Under the pieces are notes generated by a model. It saw only the letters and a list, made by a program, of their open reading frames with translations. It was not told the DNA's origin and did not search any database. The position numbers and the translations under genes were made by a program. DNA of 64,000 nucleotides from NCBI GenBank assembly GCA_051362555.1, contig CM120640.1, forward strand, positions 24,786,225 through 24,850,224, given 5' to 3'. Below are positions 1 to 11,816 of this stretch, in pieces (position 1 is the first letter of the stretch; every line of letters begins with the position of its first letter). Origin of the DNA: Lingula anatina. Lineage: Eukaryota > Animalia > Brachiopoda.

Positions 1-887
1 CAGTGAATCTCAAAAATACTGTACAATTTCATGAAATATAATGTCAAGATAAGATTACTTTGATAAAAAGAAATAAAGGAAGGAAAAATAATGGTTTTGT
101 CACGTTTCTTTCCCATATTTACCACTTGCAGTTTTACACCATTCATTTTCGGATGCGCCATCACTAGGGTTTGATCGTTCATAATTAGCTTTGTATGTCG
201 CCTAGTGAAAATCTACAAACCCCAAAGAAGGCTTAGATATAACTACGATACTGTCCACTGGCAGTAAATTATCATCCTTTTCATGTTACTCTAGCAAAAA
301 TATTGTTGATATTACTAAAATGTTCGTACACATACCCCGGTAGTTGATAAAAATTATATTTTAATGTTCAGTCCACGGATTTTAAAACATATCTATTTGT
401 CACAGAAGAAGACACGCATTTCTGTCTTTTTGAGAGGTTGAGAGCTATGGTTCTAAGACGAATCATGTTGACTGTAGAACGCTGTAGACATGTCGTCCGA
501 GTTCTTGCCTGTTCCACTCGTATGAAAAAAATTATGACTATAGGAAAAGTCATTTAAAAATGTTAAGATATTGTGCAAATTAAAGAAAAAGTTACCTTTA
601 AGACAAATGAATCAATTACATTCAGCGAAGAGAAACATTTTCAAGTAAAAGTCAGGTGCATTTATTATGTCTTTGCACGAAGTTGCCCGATTTATATTCG
701 CTGCGGCAAAACGGGTAAAATGCTGAAGCAGGGCTAAAAAAGATCGAACGGCCGAATCAAAAAGACAGCTTAATTGACAGGTGTATCTTCGAGAGGCTTG
801 CTTGTCGTTTGGTGTGATACCCATTCTTATGTGTGTAAAACCGCCAACCTCCTGACAAAATTGGATATCCCCATTTTAACTACTTAC

Positions 888-1055
888 CAGCAATATAAAT
901 GACGTTGCATCCAAAATGCCGGCCATGCCAATGAGCGATTTCAAAGCACGGATTGCCGCAGCTGATCCTTTGAGAGACAAACCAGCAAACACAATCAGAG
1001 TAATGGAAACAGAATAATCTGCAAGTAGACCTACAAACACCGACACTTCTGCCAT
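888..1055 (-). CDS. Possible first coding exon of an unidentified hydrophobic protein continuing left of the window
   Basis: attATGG start at 1055 and 56 hydrophobic codons (MAEVSVFVGLL...TSFILL) ending at a strong CTG|GTAAGT donor. No convincing next exon or family assignment. Confidence 0.3.
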
Positions 1056-3372
1056 AATAACTGAAGACAACCAATTTAGAAATGAATTAACGACGTTGAG
1101 TCGAATCTGAAACTTGGAGAATGTAATGTTTCATTTGCTCCAGTATAAAAGGCATTTTGTCCGCCTTTTCATTAGCTTAATACTAGGGATGCATGAGGAT
1201 AAAATAACCGCCAACTATAGGGTGCGCCCTCGCCAACGGGTCACCCTCTTTTCTGAATTTTTAAATAAAGTAGTACTGAACTTTTCTCTCTTCCCCCTCT
1301 CTCTCTCTCTAGGTTGTGAATTTGAAAAAAAATCTAAGAATATAGCTGTAAAACTGTCAAATGGACAGATATATAAAATATAAAACTGTCAGAAAACGTT
1401 AAAACTTTTATAAATTGTTTAAACAATATTTCATAGTACATAGTAAAATATCAGCCTCTTAAAGGTCCACTGTCACTACTGAGTAAAATTTTAGGTTTTA
1501 TAATTAATAATACACCAAATGGAACAGTATTTATATATATATGGTCTATGCCCATTAGTATTACTAACATGAATATATCATTACCAAGGAGTAGAGAAAG
1601 GGAAAAGGAGAGAGGAGAACAGAAAAGTTACCAATAAAGAATATGCAAAAGGCAAAAGTTTTTTTGTGGTTTTACCTTGCATATCAATTAAGATTGGGGT
1701 CAATACCATCGTCACACCCAAACAATAACAAAATAACCTTATCCCAACTGAATACATCTTTATTAGATGCCTATAGATGGTTTTTCATAACAATCCAAAT
1801 TGCAATTTATAGTCTTTAAGAGGAAAAGAACAGGCAGATTGTAATTTCTCTGGAAGACATTTTATGCTTCAATATATAATATACAAAAATAAACAACATT
1901 TATTTTGAAAAGCTGTCCATTCAGGTGTTAAAAGGCATCCACAAGGCACAACATATCATTTGCTTTCAACCCAATGCAACATATAGGTATATCATGGTCA
2001 TTGTGCATCCAGATTGCATTAATAAAGAGTTCACTAGTTTACATATCACTATGCACTTAACAGAGATTTTTAAACAGCAATACTTTGTTTCAAAAATATT
2101 CTAGGGCATGTGCTTCCCTCATGATGCTATGATTACCCCAATATTTCAAAGCTTCACAACAACATGATCTTTGTTAAAGAGATAATAACTCTTTGTATGA
2201 GATCTATATTTCATAATAAGATCATTGTGAATAACTCATAGAAATATAATTTATTCTGTTTTACCACAAAAACAGCAGTTATAGCTATTATTCTGATATC
2301 TGAGCTTGTCTTTAGACTACGTGACCTCCATTGATGGCTATACTCTGGTAAAATCTCTTAAGAGATTTTAACAAAAAACCAAACTTTTTAGAAAAAAACC
2401 AGGGACTAACTATGAATGTAAAAATGGATTCATTAACCATTGGTAAGTATGGGAAAATTGTTTACTCCAGGAAAATTCATTTTTTGGCGGAAACGAAGAG
2501 TTATTATCCCTTTAAACATTATATCAAAACAATTTGTGTCCAAGATCCTGGTATCATACTTGCACTCAAATCAAGACAAATTTGAGTGCAATTCAAGGAA
2601 AAAATAACATCTTCAAACAGCAGCTGCAATAGTGCACAGATGGTACTTCATAATGCTTTTCAACAGGTGTTTGTACTGAAGAAAAATATGTATTTTGTTT
2701 TGTTTTACATTCTCTTAGTATTACACTTGATAAAAATGCAAACAACCAAAATAACAGACACCCAGTAAGCAAAAAGTACAAAAAAAAAAAAAAATCATAA
2801 AAAAGCAGACAAGTAAGATATAAAATAAACTGATGATAAATTAAAATTCAACCTGCAAATTGTCAAGCACTTATCATAATGTAATCAACTGTTATATCAA
2901 AATTATTCCCCCCTTTATATCATTTCTGCATCAAAGCTTATTAAAAATCATAACATATTATCAAACATAACTACAAAATGTTAAACAGTACATATACAAG
3001 TTACAATTATACCCTGTAATTTAACCCTTATATACTTTTCCAAAAGGATCATTTCTCACTTGGTACACATGAAAAAACTTTCTCTTACCAGAGAGGTTTA
3101 CTGCAACTGGGCCTTTGTCTGATTACATTCATCTGGGACTGTCATGCTAGTCAAAGGATAGAATCTACCCAAAAGAAAGTTACAGCTCTCTTCAAGCAAC
3201 CTACACATGGCAATAACTAGTATACTCAATATCACTGCAAAAAAATCCCTTTTTTATTTTTTGCAGTATTTCCCCAACTGCAAATGTCCAGTAATTCTCC
3301 AATCAAAACCAATAATATCAAAGATCCATGTATCAGGATAAATTTTACAATTGCCTTTGCACATGCATTGTC

Positions 3373-6300
3373 TCAAACTGGATTGCCATAGTAATGGTAA
3401 GATGTTAGAACTTTTCTCCTCCTGCAGGGAAATGCCCAAAATATTTTGTGTCCAGGTCCACAGAGATCTGTGTAAGCTTCATGACAAGTACGGAATTTCA
3501 CAGTCAGCGGTCTACTCCTGAAAGAAGGCAGTTTTGTTAAATATTAATTTTAAAAAAACACTTAATTTTTGAAAACACATTTGCCTCATTAGTTTTTTTC
3601 AAAAGTGGGGAATTTTAAACCAACAACTTTACTACCAAGCTTTAAATTAATCGTAAAATTAAATCAACATTTTATTTAAATGTTAGGATATCATTTCAAT
3701 ATCATAAAATAAAAACACTTAATAAGTTTCAATCATAGCTTAGATGAAAATGATCAGCATAAAATGTTGCTCTACAGAATGGTAAAATATGCAAAGGTTT
3801 TAATCCACTCAATTTTAAATTGAGAATCTACAGCAGTAACATTTCAAAGGTCACTAAATAACAGATCATTTATGTCCTTATTAAACTTATGACAGGTGAT
3901 GTAACAAAGATAAGACAAAATATTTTTCAATTGAAAAAACAACAACATAAACATACAAGTGAACCTTATCTGGAATAAGACGGGATTTTTGTTTAAACTT
4001 GCTCTTATCTTTCCAATATGTTTATGTTGAGGTTGCCAACAAAAACAAATCTTTATTTTACATTATAATCTTCACAATGAAGTTCTTGGAACATTGTATA
4101 CAGAGAATGTTCAGCATAATCTTTCATTTACTTATTTAAAACATGTACTTACTGATCTTTACCAAATGGATCCCTGAGGTTGTCCAAAGTTGTTCTGTCC
4201 TGAAAGAAAATCAAACTAGAGGATCAGAGAGGTGATGCCACCTCAGGGTATTGTACCACCAGCTGTAGTAAGAGCATTCATATGGGAAACAAAAAAAAAA
4301 AAAAAAAGGCTACCACCTCCAGTGTTGTGCTTAACAAGCTCTTCAAAATGCAATAAACAAGAGTTCTAAACTTTTATGTAAAAAATTACAATTCATAACA
4401 AAATTGTGGGAAAAAGTAAAAGGTTAAATCCAAGGTTGTAGTGAGATTGTGAATTTAGGACTTGTAACCTCTTGCTATATAATATGAGAGCTTAGATCTG
4501 TGTATTTCCTGAAAAATCCCATTTTTAGAAAATTTTGGCCTGTTTGACCTTGAAATAAAGATCAAAGGTCAAATACAAGGGCATATTTGGAATCTCCACG
4601 TATGACATTCGGTCAGCCTTCTGTGGTTCCTTTCCTAAAATTCCTTTGGTTTCGGAGATATTTAACATAAAATTTTGAAAATTGTGCATGGTGACGACAC
4701 CTAGACCAGTGCACCGACAGAGCCCATAATTTACTTGGATTGGGATGAAATTTTTTGTGACCTAAATCCAAGGGATGAGTACACAAGCCCTTGTAGTCCA
4801 GGAGGAGCAGTAATGGTGACATGGAGGGGGGGAGAGCCTATGCTGGTGGTACAATAAAAACCATTAACTAAGAAGTGATGTTCCAACTTAACAACTGACT
4901 TTAAGATATTCATTGTTCACAACATTAATTTTCTTAATTTTCAAGAGAAGTCAATTCATGTCTGTGCTATTGGGCTGATTTCAAAATGTCGATTGAGTAG
5001 GCTATACACATCTGATTATGCTACGCATACACACATATACAAACACACAATTTATTTCTTACAACAAAAAAGTTTCTTCATTTAATATGCAAATAAGCAC
5101 CTCCTTTTCATGCAGGGTTTTAACTGCCAAATACATACACACAGAGTCAATGATAATGTGATATAATGATAGCTTCTCTTACCATAATAAGATTAAAATG
5201 TTGTCCTGACACCATTAACAGCATGCTAAAGGCCATCAGAAAGGATAAGAAGGTAGAAAAGTAGAGTAAGGCCTGCTGATGCCGCATGTAATAAACAGAC
5301 TGAAAAAAACAAAGTCAATACATTAAAAAACAACAACTGAATATATAAAACAGCATCAGTTAGCATGATGTAGCTAACTTGTTTACCATGAGCATTTGCA
5401 AGTGGACTAAAGTACTGCAATGACCATACAGGCACTAAAGTTAACATTATACAGCTATTTTGCATTAAAAAAAGTTGATCTGAACTAGCATTCTGTTTTG
5501 CTGATTCCTCCCTGTCAAAACACAGGCAGGACTTCCAGTGCAAAACACAGGCAGGAGTTCCAGTGAAATGCCCGTGAAAATGTTTACTCTCTCTATCTCT
5601 CTCTCTTTCTCTTTTTTTTAAAGATATATCTTCATTTAAAGTTGGTTACATTCAAATCAAGTAAACAAAATATGTACATGGTCTACAAGCAACCAACACA
5701 AACCAGTTCCATTGTTTATCAATGAGACAGCATGAATAAAGGCTTGGGGTCACTGATGTGAATGAATGAACTATATTAACTTGACGCTGGCTGTAGCTGC
5801 TTCACCATACCTTATCACATATTGTCGCAGGGCATTTAGGCCACAAGTACCAGTGCACCATACACATCACAAAGGCAATAAGGCTCATTAGAAAGGCATA
5901 GGTACACAGCTGCATGAAATGGAAATGGTTGGCTTCACCAACACAATTGTTGATCCTAGAAATAATACACAAAAATATTCAAATATTCCTCACAGTTATA
6001 TGTAATAAAGCACATAATTTGCCAGTTTCACATTATCGATGTTCATGCATTCATTCTTACAACAGATGTATGGTTATTTAATTATGTTTCCTCGCATTGC
6101 TGCCATAATCTCACCAAGGACAGTGATGGTCCATTTTCATGACACACTGCTGACATCGTCTACAGTGGTGCGCTCTGGTGGGCCGCTGCTGTTTGCACTT
6201 CTGGCAAAATGTCCACTGATCTGCATCTAAAAATAAATAACAATAACAAATCTAATTTTCAAAAGTGAACCCTCAAACAAACAGCATCGAGTATAATATA

Positions 6301-6645
6301 TCAAATCAAATCATACTAAGTGCAAATATTGTACTCATTAAGTTTTCCTGTCACATCAGTGACATTTACAGCTGAATCTTTAAGTTACATTGGATTCTTA
6401 AAAAATAAAATAAATAAAAAGTATTGTTTCATTTCTTTTTGACACACCCTGCCCTTATATGCCAAACAGAAATATCAAAAGATAAGATTATTTTCCTTAA
6501 GTACAGGAAAAAAATCAAATACACAGATAGTTATTTATATAAACATAAGTGTTATCTAATTGTCCTGTTCTCATTTTATTTTCTAAAGCATTCATAAATA
6601 ACAAAAACAGACACATAAGGGCAAACAAACATTCATGCACAAAAA

Positions 6646-6676
<31 letters not shown>

Positions 6677-8917
6677 GGGAGGGAAGTAGTGCTGTATCTA
6701 CCAGAGGTCAGGAGGGTGAGGATGTGATTACTGTGAAAAAATCTTCATTGGACATAAACATGCACACAGCTAAAGAAAACTGGGAGAAATATCTATGAAT
6801 GTTTAGCAAAAAAAAAAAAATTCTGTGGCCCTGGTAAGGGTAGGGAAGAAGAAAGAATATTGAGAGATAAGTGCACAAACTCACTCACATACAAGGCACA
6901 TGCTACGTAGGAAAAATTATTGCTATCTATTACCAGTCACTGGAGGCTGCTCAACTAATGGTACCCTCCCTGGGTTGGTGGTAGCTGCTTTGAACAAGCT
7001 GCATATAGTCATAACACTGCAAAAGGCATATACTAGAAAGAAAATATAGAATATGTTTATTATAAAATTGAAAACAAGTTCATATGATTTTTATAACAAA
7101 TGAATGTTTCAATCAACATTATAAATAAAATAAACCACATATATAATTAATATGAAAATATTATACAATATTTTATAGAATGTATTATAAAGTGTGTGAG
7201 AATGTATATGTACATAAAAGTCTTTTACCTTTTTAAAGTCTACAAAAATATCTTTTTGCACTATTCTATTTGTTCCCCTCATCTCAGTGTCATAAACAGA
7301 CTTAATTTGAGTGCTACAAGTACTTTATACTCTAGTACTCCTGGGGGATGCCAGTCTTGTGGAAGTTGGATACACATCTTCAGAAACGATCCCAAAACTT
7401 ATTCCATTCTTATTTAACAGATCTACAATTTGTCCCCATTTGGTTGAGGTCAAACAGTTGTACCCCTTGATACATTTTAATTTCAACATATGGATGTCAC
7501 AAGTAACAGAGATAAGATGGCTCCAGATTACAGTAAGAATAGACTTTAGGTTGCTTGCCAATATTGATGTCGGGGATCATGAGGAGTAGACTAAAAATGC
7601 TGATTCATACATTTTCTGTAACTTTGATTGAAAACATTTTTACATATTTGAACCACAAACTACATTCTTTTTACAATGCCTTCCTTTGAAGGACCTGAAC
7701 CTAACCTTGCAAATACTGGCTCCAGAGTTCATACTTACAAGCTATGGCAACAACATTAAGGAGTCCTTGTTGGTACCTTGGGTAAATAATTAAGAAGCTC
7801 ATACTCCAGACCCCATATATCCAGTAGAGAACAATAAAGCTCAGGCATGCTATACCCCTTTGATCTCTAACAAAATGAAGTCTTCCAAAAACTGGACATC
7901 GATGGACAGTGACATTGGATGACACCTCACCCATTGTCTTATCACCACTTTCTTCCATAACCCATCTGAAAAAAAAAAAAAAAAAAGATTGATGCATACA
8001 GTAAAAACATATGATATATAACAGACCTTTACTTTGCTGATTACTTTGGTACTTATCCAGCATGCCCTCCAATCTTTTACATGTATGTGTGATTTCCAAT
8101 GCTTTTCTAAAATTCTGTTATGTATAGTGGCTTTGATCATTGGCTTTGCATAAGTAATAAAATATTTGGTACTTATGGAGTATCCCACCTCCCACCTTGC
8201 AACTCTCTAACTTTTTAAACTTTTTTTTAGCATTAAAATGCTAAGCAAAATTAAAAGACTTTGATCAACATCCCTGCTGTTCAAATAAATATGTTTAGAA
8301 TTTTACTAACGTATTTTATATTTATATTATACATTTTATATTAAGTTGTCAAGTTCTCTGCCCAATGGATTACTGCAAATTGTCCCTCCAGCAATTAATC
8401 GGCTCTCATAATATTTGGAAGACACACAGTTTCAAAAACAAAACATCTTAAATTTAGTAAATGAATGACCAAACTAATTAATTTGATGAGCACAGACATT
8501 GTCTTAAGTCATCACACAAAGAAAAGATATTGAACATGACATGTGTAATGTGTGTGTGTGTGTGTGTGTGTGGGGGGGGGGGGGGGGTCTGCAAAAAATC
8601 AGTCAGTAAAACGCAAAAACTAATTTATGTGAATAGCGGGGCATTGATCAAATATATCAATAATACATCGAACATCAAGACTAACATGCATGACTTTTGG
8701 GGGCATACTGCTCCTGTACCGGTGGTACCATACAAATGTACAATGGGTACCTAGCCCAGGTAACTTAGGTGACTTTATAGGCATTAGATCTTCTTATTTA
8801 GAAAGTTGGGTGATATGGTACATACCCCTGTTATATGACAGTTACTTACGCGGAGTGCAAACGAGAAAAATAGTCCTCAGTAACGCGTTTGTAATTATTG
8901 GGTGTTTCCTGAGCCAT
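3373..8917 (-). CDS. ZDHHC21: DHHC palmitoyltransferase, ZDHHC21-like (~319 aa, 8 coding exons)
   Basis: GT-AG exons 8917-8850, 7965-7739, 7032-6934, 6226-6115, 5955-5811, 5299-5183, 4199-4153 and 3517-3373 splice in phase. Contains [40 protein letters not shown] and TTLD motifs. N-terminal GRLHFVRD and C-terminal [11 protein letters not shown] resemble ZDHHC21. Confidence 0.9.
4355..4860. repeat. Unclassified interspersed repeat in a ZDHHC intron
   Basis: Intronic block with aaacaagag, tgaccttga/aaggtcaaa and gatgaaattt motifs typical of non-autonomous invertebrate repeats. No ZDHHC-coding frame. Confidence 0.45.
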
Positions 8918-9422
8918 CGTCGTCAGGAGGCTGCCATTTTGGTTATTAATAAAACATGGAATGCGACGACGCAACTAACGCAATCTGGTTTTACAATTGG
9001 CTACATGTATGTTTGACTGTCTCTCCGTGATTTCAAGCTTGTGAATACAATGCCTTCGTCCGCAAACCTGATTTAATTTTTTAGTCGCCCTTTATTTTAT
9101 TTATTCATCTTACATCCGAAATAGAGTCAATTTTTATATTGTCTCGTTTAAAACAATGATTATTATTTTTTAAATGAAAAGTCCTAGTAGGCCTACGTAG
9201 GCTAGGTAGCCTATAATTTAAAATCATGCAGAAGATCCTACATACTACGGTGCATTAGTTTGAAAAATTTTATTTTCTTAAAGAAAACTTGATGATACCC
9301 GACATTGCAAGAGACTTTAAAAATAGACAGATAAAGGGTAATGCTCAAGCGAGTTGTGAGTTACCAGACTCACCTGGAGTCTGCCACAAATATAGGCCTA
9401 TCGACCTTTTGATCCTTTTTCT

Positions 9423-9732
9423 TATTACCTCCGCCAAGGAGGTTATGTTTTCATCCCTGTTTGTTTGTTTGCTTGTATGTTTGTTTGTTTGTCTGTCTGT
9501 CTGACATCAACATAACTCAAAAAGTTATGGACCGATTTTGATGAAATTTTCAGGAACTGTCAGAAGTGGGCCAAAGAACATGATTAGTTTTTGGTGGTGA
9601 TCTGGATCAATAATCAATCAATAATCAATAATAAAAAAATCGAAAATTTAGGGGTGAAACGGCATTGGATGGAGTCTGATGGAGACTTTGCTGCCTTGGC
9701 GGAGGTCTGGGCTCTCTGAGTGCTTTTCTAGT
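9423..9732 (+). mobile_element. Helentron-associated non-autonomous element (HINE/DINE-1-like)
   Basis: Subterminal inverted repeat acctccgccaagg (9427-9439) / ccttggcggaggt (9694-9706), internal (GTTT/GTCT)n microsatellite, short 3' hairpin and ...ttttctagt end. Confidence 0.8.
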
Positions 9733-10333
9733 TTCGAAAGGGGTCACTCTTGGTTTCAAAAGTTAAGAATATTTGTTAACCGTTTGATAATTATTTCAAG
9801 GATTGTGAAGAAACATTTAAATAGCAAAACATTACATCAGTTTATTTTCATTATAAACATTTTGATCTAAAGAAATGACATCCGTAAAAGAAAAAAAACA
9901 CTGAAAAAAAGACTAATTAACATTTTTGTTGATTGGATCTGAAATACGCCTCTAAGGAGAAATATTTAATGTCTGATATTTTCCATATCTGCAAATACCA
10001 AGAAAACCTTGGTAACTGAAAAATCTTGAAACTAACAATGACAACCCAGCCCTCCCCCGGCAATTTCCAAAATATAAAGGTTTTTACTTTTGGGTGATTG
10101 GGATTTAAAAAAAAAAAAAATTTTGAAAATGTTTTAATGTTTTATCAGATTTTAATCACTTGTTTCATGGTTTTTAAATTACTAAGGTACTATTGGCCCC
10201 CTAAACAGGGACATATTAATACGAGTACGTAACTAATTTTATATAGACCTACATTCGGCCTCATATTGTTAGTTAATGTTCCTACTTTTTTCATCAAAAT
10301 AGAAAATCGCCAAAATGTTTGCATCCTCAATTC

Positions 10334-10371
<38 letters not shown>

Positions 10372-11816
10372 TTTACCATTATTTTAAAACTTGTTGCACT
10401 CGTCACGATTCGTTGACCTGGCGTGTCATTTCTTCTTCGATAATAATTAAGACTTTTTGGTGTTGACAAAAAAAATGTCTGTTTTGTGAGCCCTAGGTAC
10501 CGTGTCCTGACGCCTCCTCTCCTCATACATACCGTTCAACATTTCGTGCGAGCTACTGAAAACCGAAGCGTTTGTGATGCATTCGAAAAGGCGTAGACAC
10601 ATACTGGATTATTTGTGCGTATTATTATTATTATTATTAATTTTTTAACGTAGGGGAAAGGGATTTTAATTGAGGTCCACCGTGTAAAATTTTTTTCAAC
10701 CCAGGTTAATTCGGACGAGACTAAAACCGGGGTTCCTATTTTCATGGCTGAACTGAATCTTATCGTCCGGTGTTTTGATGATTAATTATCTTTAAACACA
10801 ACAAAACTTAATTTTGAATTACAGAAAACTTGCGCGCAGAATGTTGATGTGATTGTTTTTGCATCGCTGTTTCTCAGTTGTTCTCGTTTTTCTTTAATAA
10901 AATCAAACTTCTTTTGTGTGTCTCTCTCTCTCTCCAAACATATATATTATACTTCTGATCGTGTGTGTCTCTCTTCCCAAACATATATATTTTACTTCCG
11001 ATCGTGTAAAACAAAAAAAGATATTTTGATTTTGAAATAACCATTTACTTTCAAAGCAATATCTATTCTATAATACGAAGAGCACAAAATGGTTTCTTCA
11101 CTCAAGACCAATCGTATACATTATAAATATTATATTAATAACATTTGTTCAAATATGCTACCAATATATTGCTGTCTAAGAAAAGCATTGTCCATGTTAA
11201 GATTGTAATACAGGAGGTAGTAGCAGTTACACACACTGGACAATAGAAGTGTCACCCCATGAATCAGAGTAGGCCTAATCAAAGTTATAATGCCTGGTCT
11301 ACTTATAATGTGACTAATGAGTATAAAACTGCTGTACCATGGAATTATATCGTTGGTCTTTTTGGGAAATTTGATGTTAATAAAATGATACCAGGAGCAT
11401 ATCATTCCGCAGTCATTTATCTCCCCTAAAGTATTGGTTCAGTAGGGGTAACACTTCTATTGTTCAGTGTGTGTATGTCCCTGTGACTAAAGAAATATAG
11501 TGGTTGTATAGATGGTCTTTTATAAATTTTACCATTGCAAAATACAATAACATAATCCCCGTTACAGCTATAAGAAGAAAAAATACAGGAAATTTGCCTA
11601 ACTCCAGATCTAACAAATGTTTTGATATTATGCTAAATAAAGTTTTTGCTACTATTGTTATGTACACGATTTGCATAAAGACAGAGTCCTTTTTCGTCGC
11701 CGTGCGTCATTCAACTTACATAATCAAAGAATACCTCCTGTCAGTTAGTTTGCTTTCAACGCCCTAAAGAAGGGCGGGCATTCTGTATAATTGTGATTTT
11801 ACAAAGGAATCGGTGC

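Noticed and set aside
4613-4913. Extra ZDHHC exon
   Set aside because: The gene splices in phase without it, and the sequence looks like an interspersed repeat.
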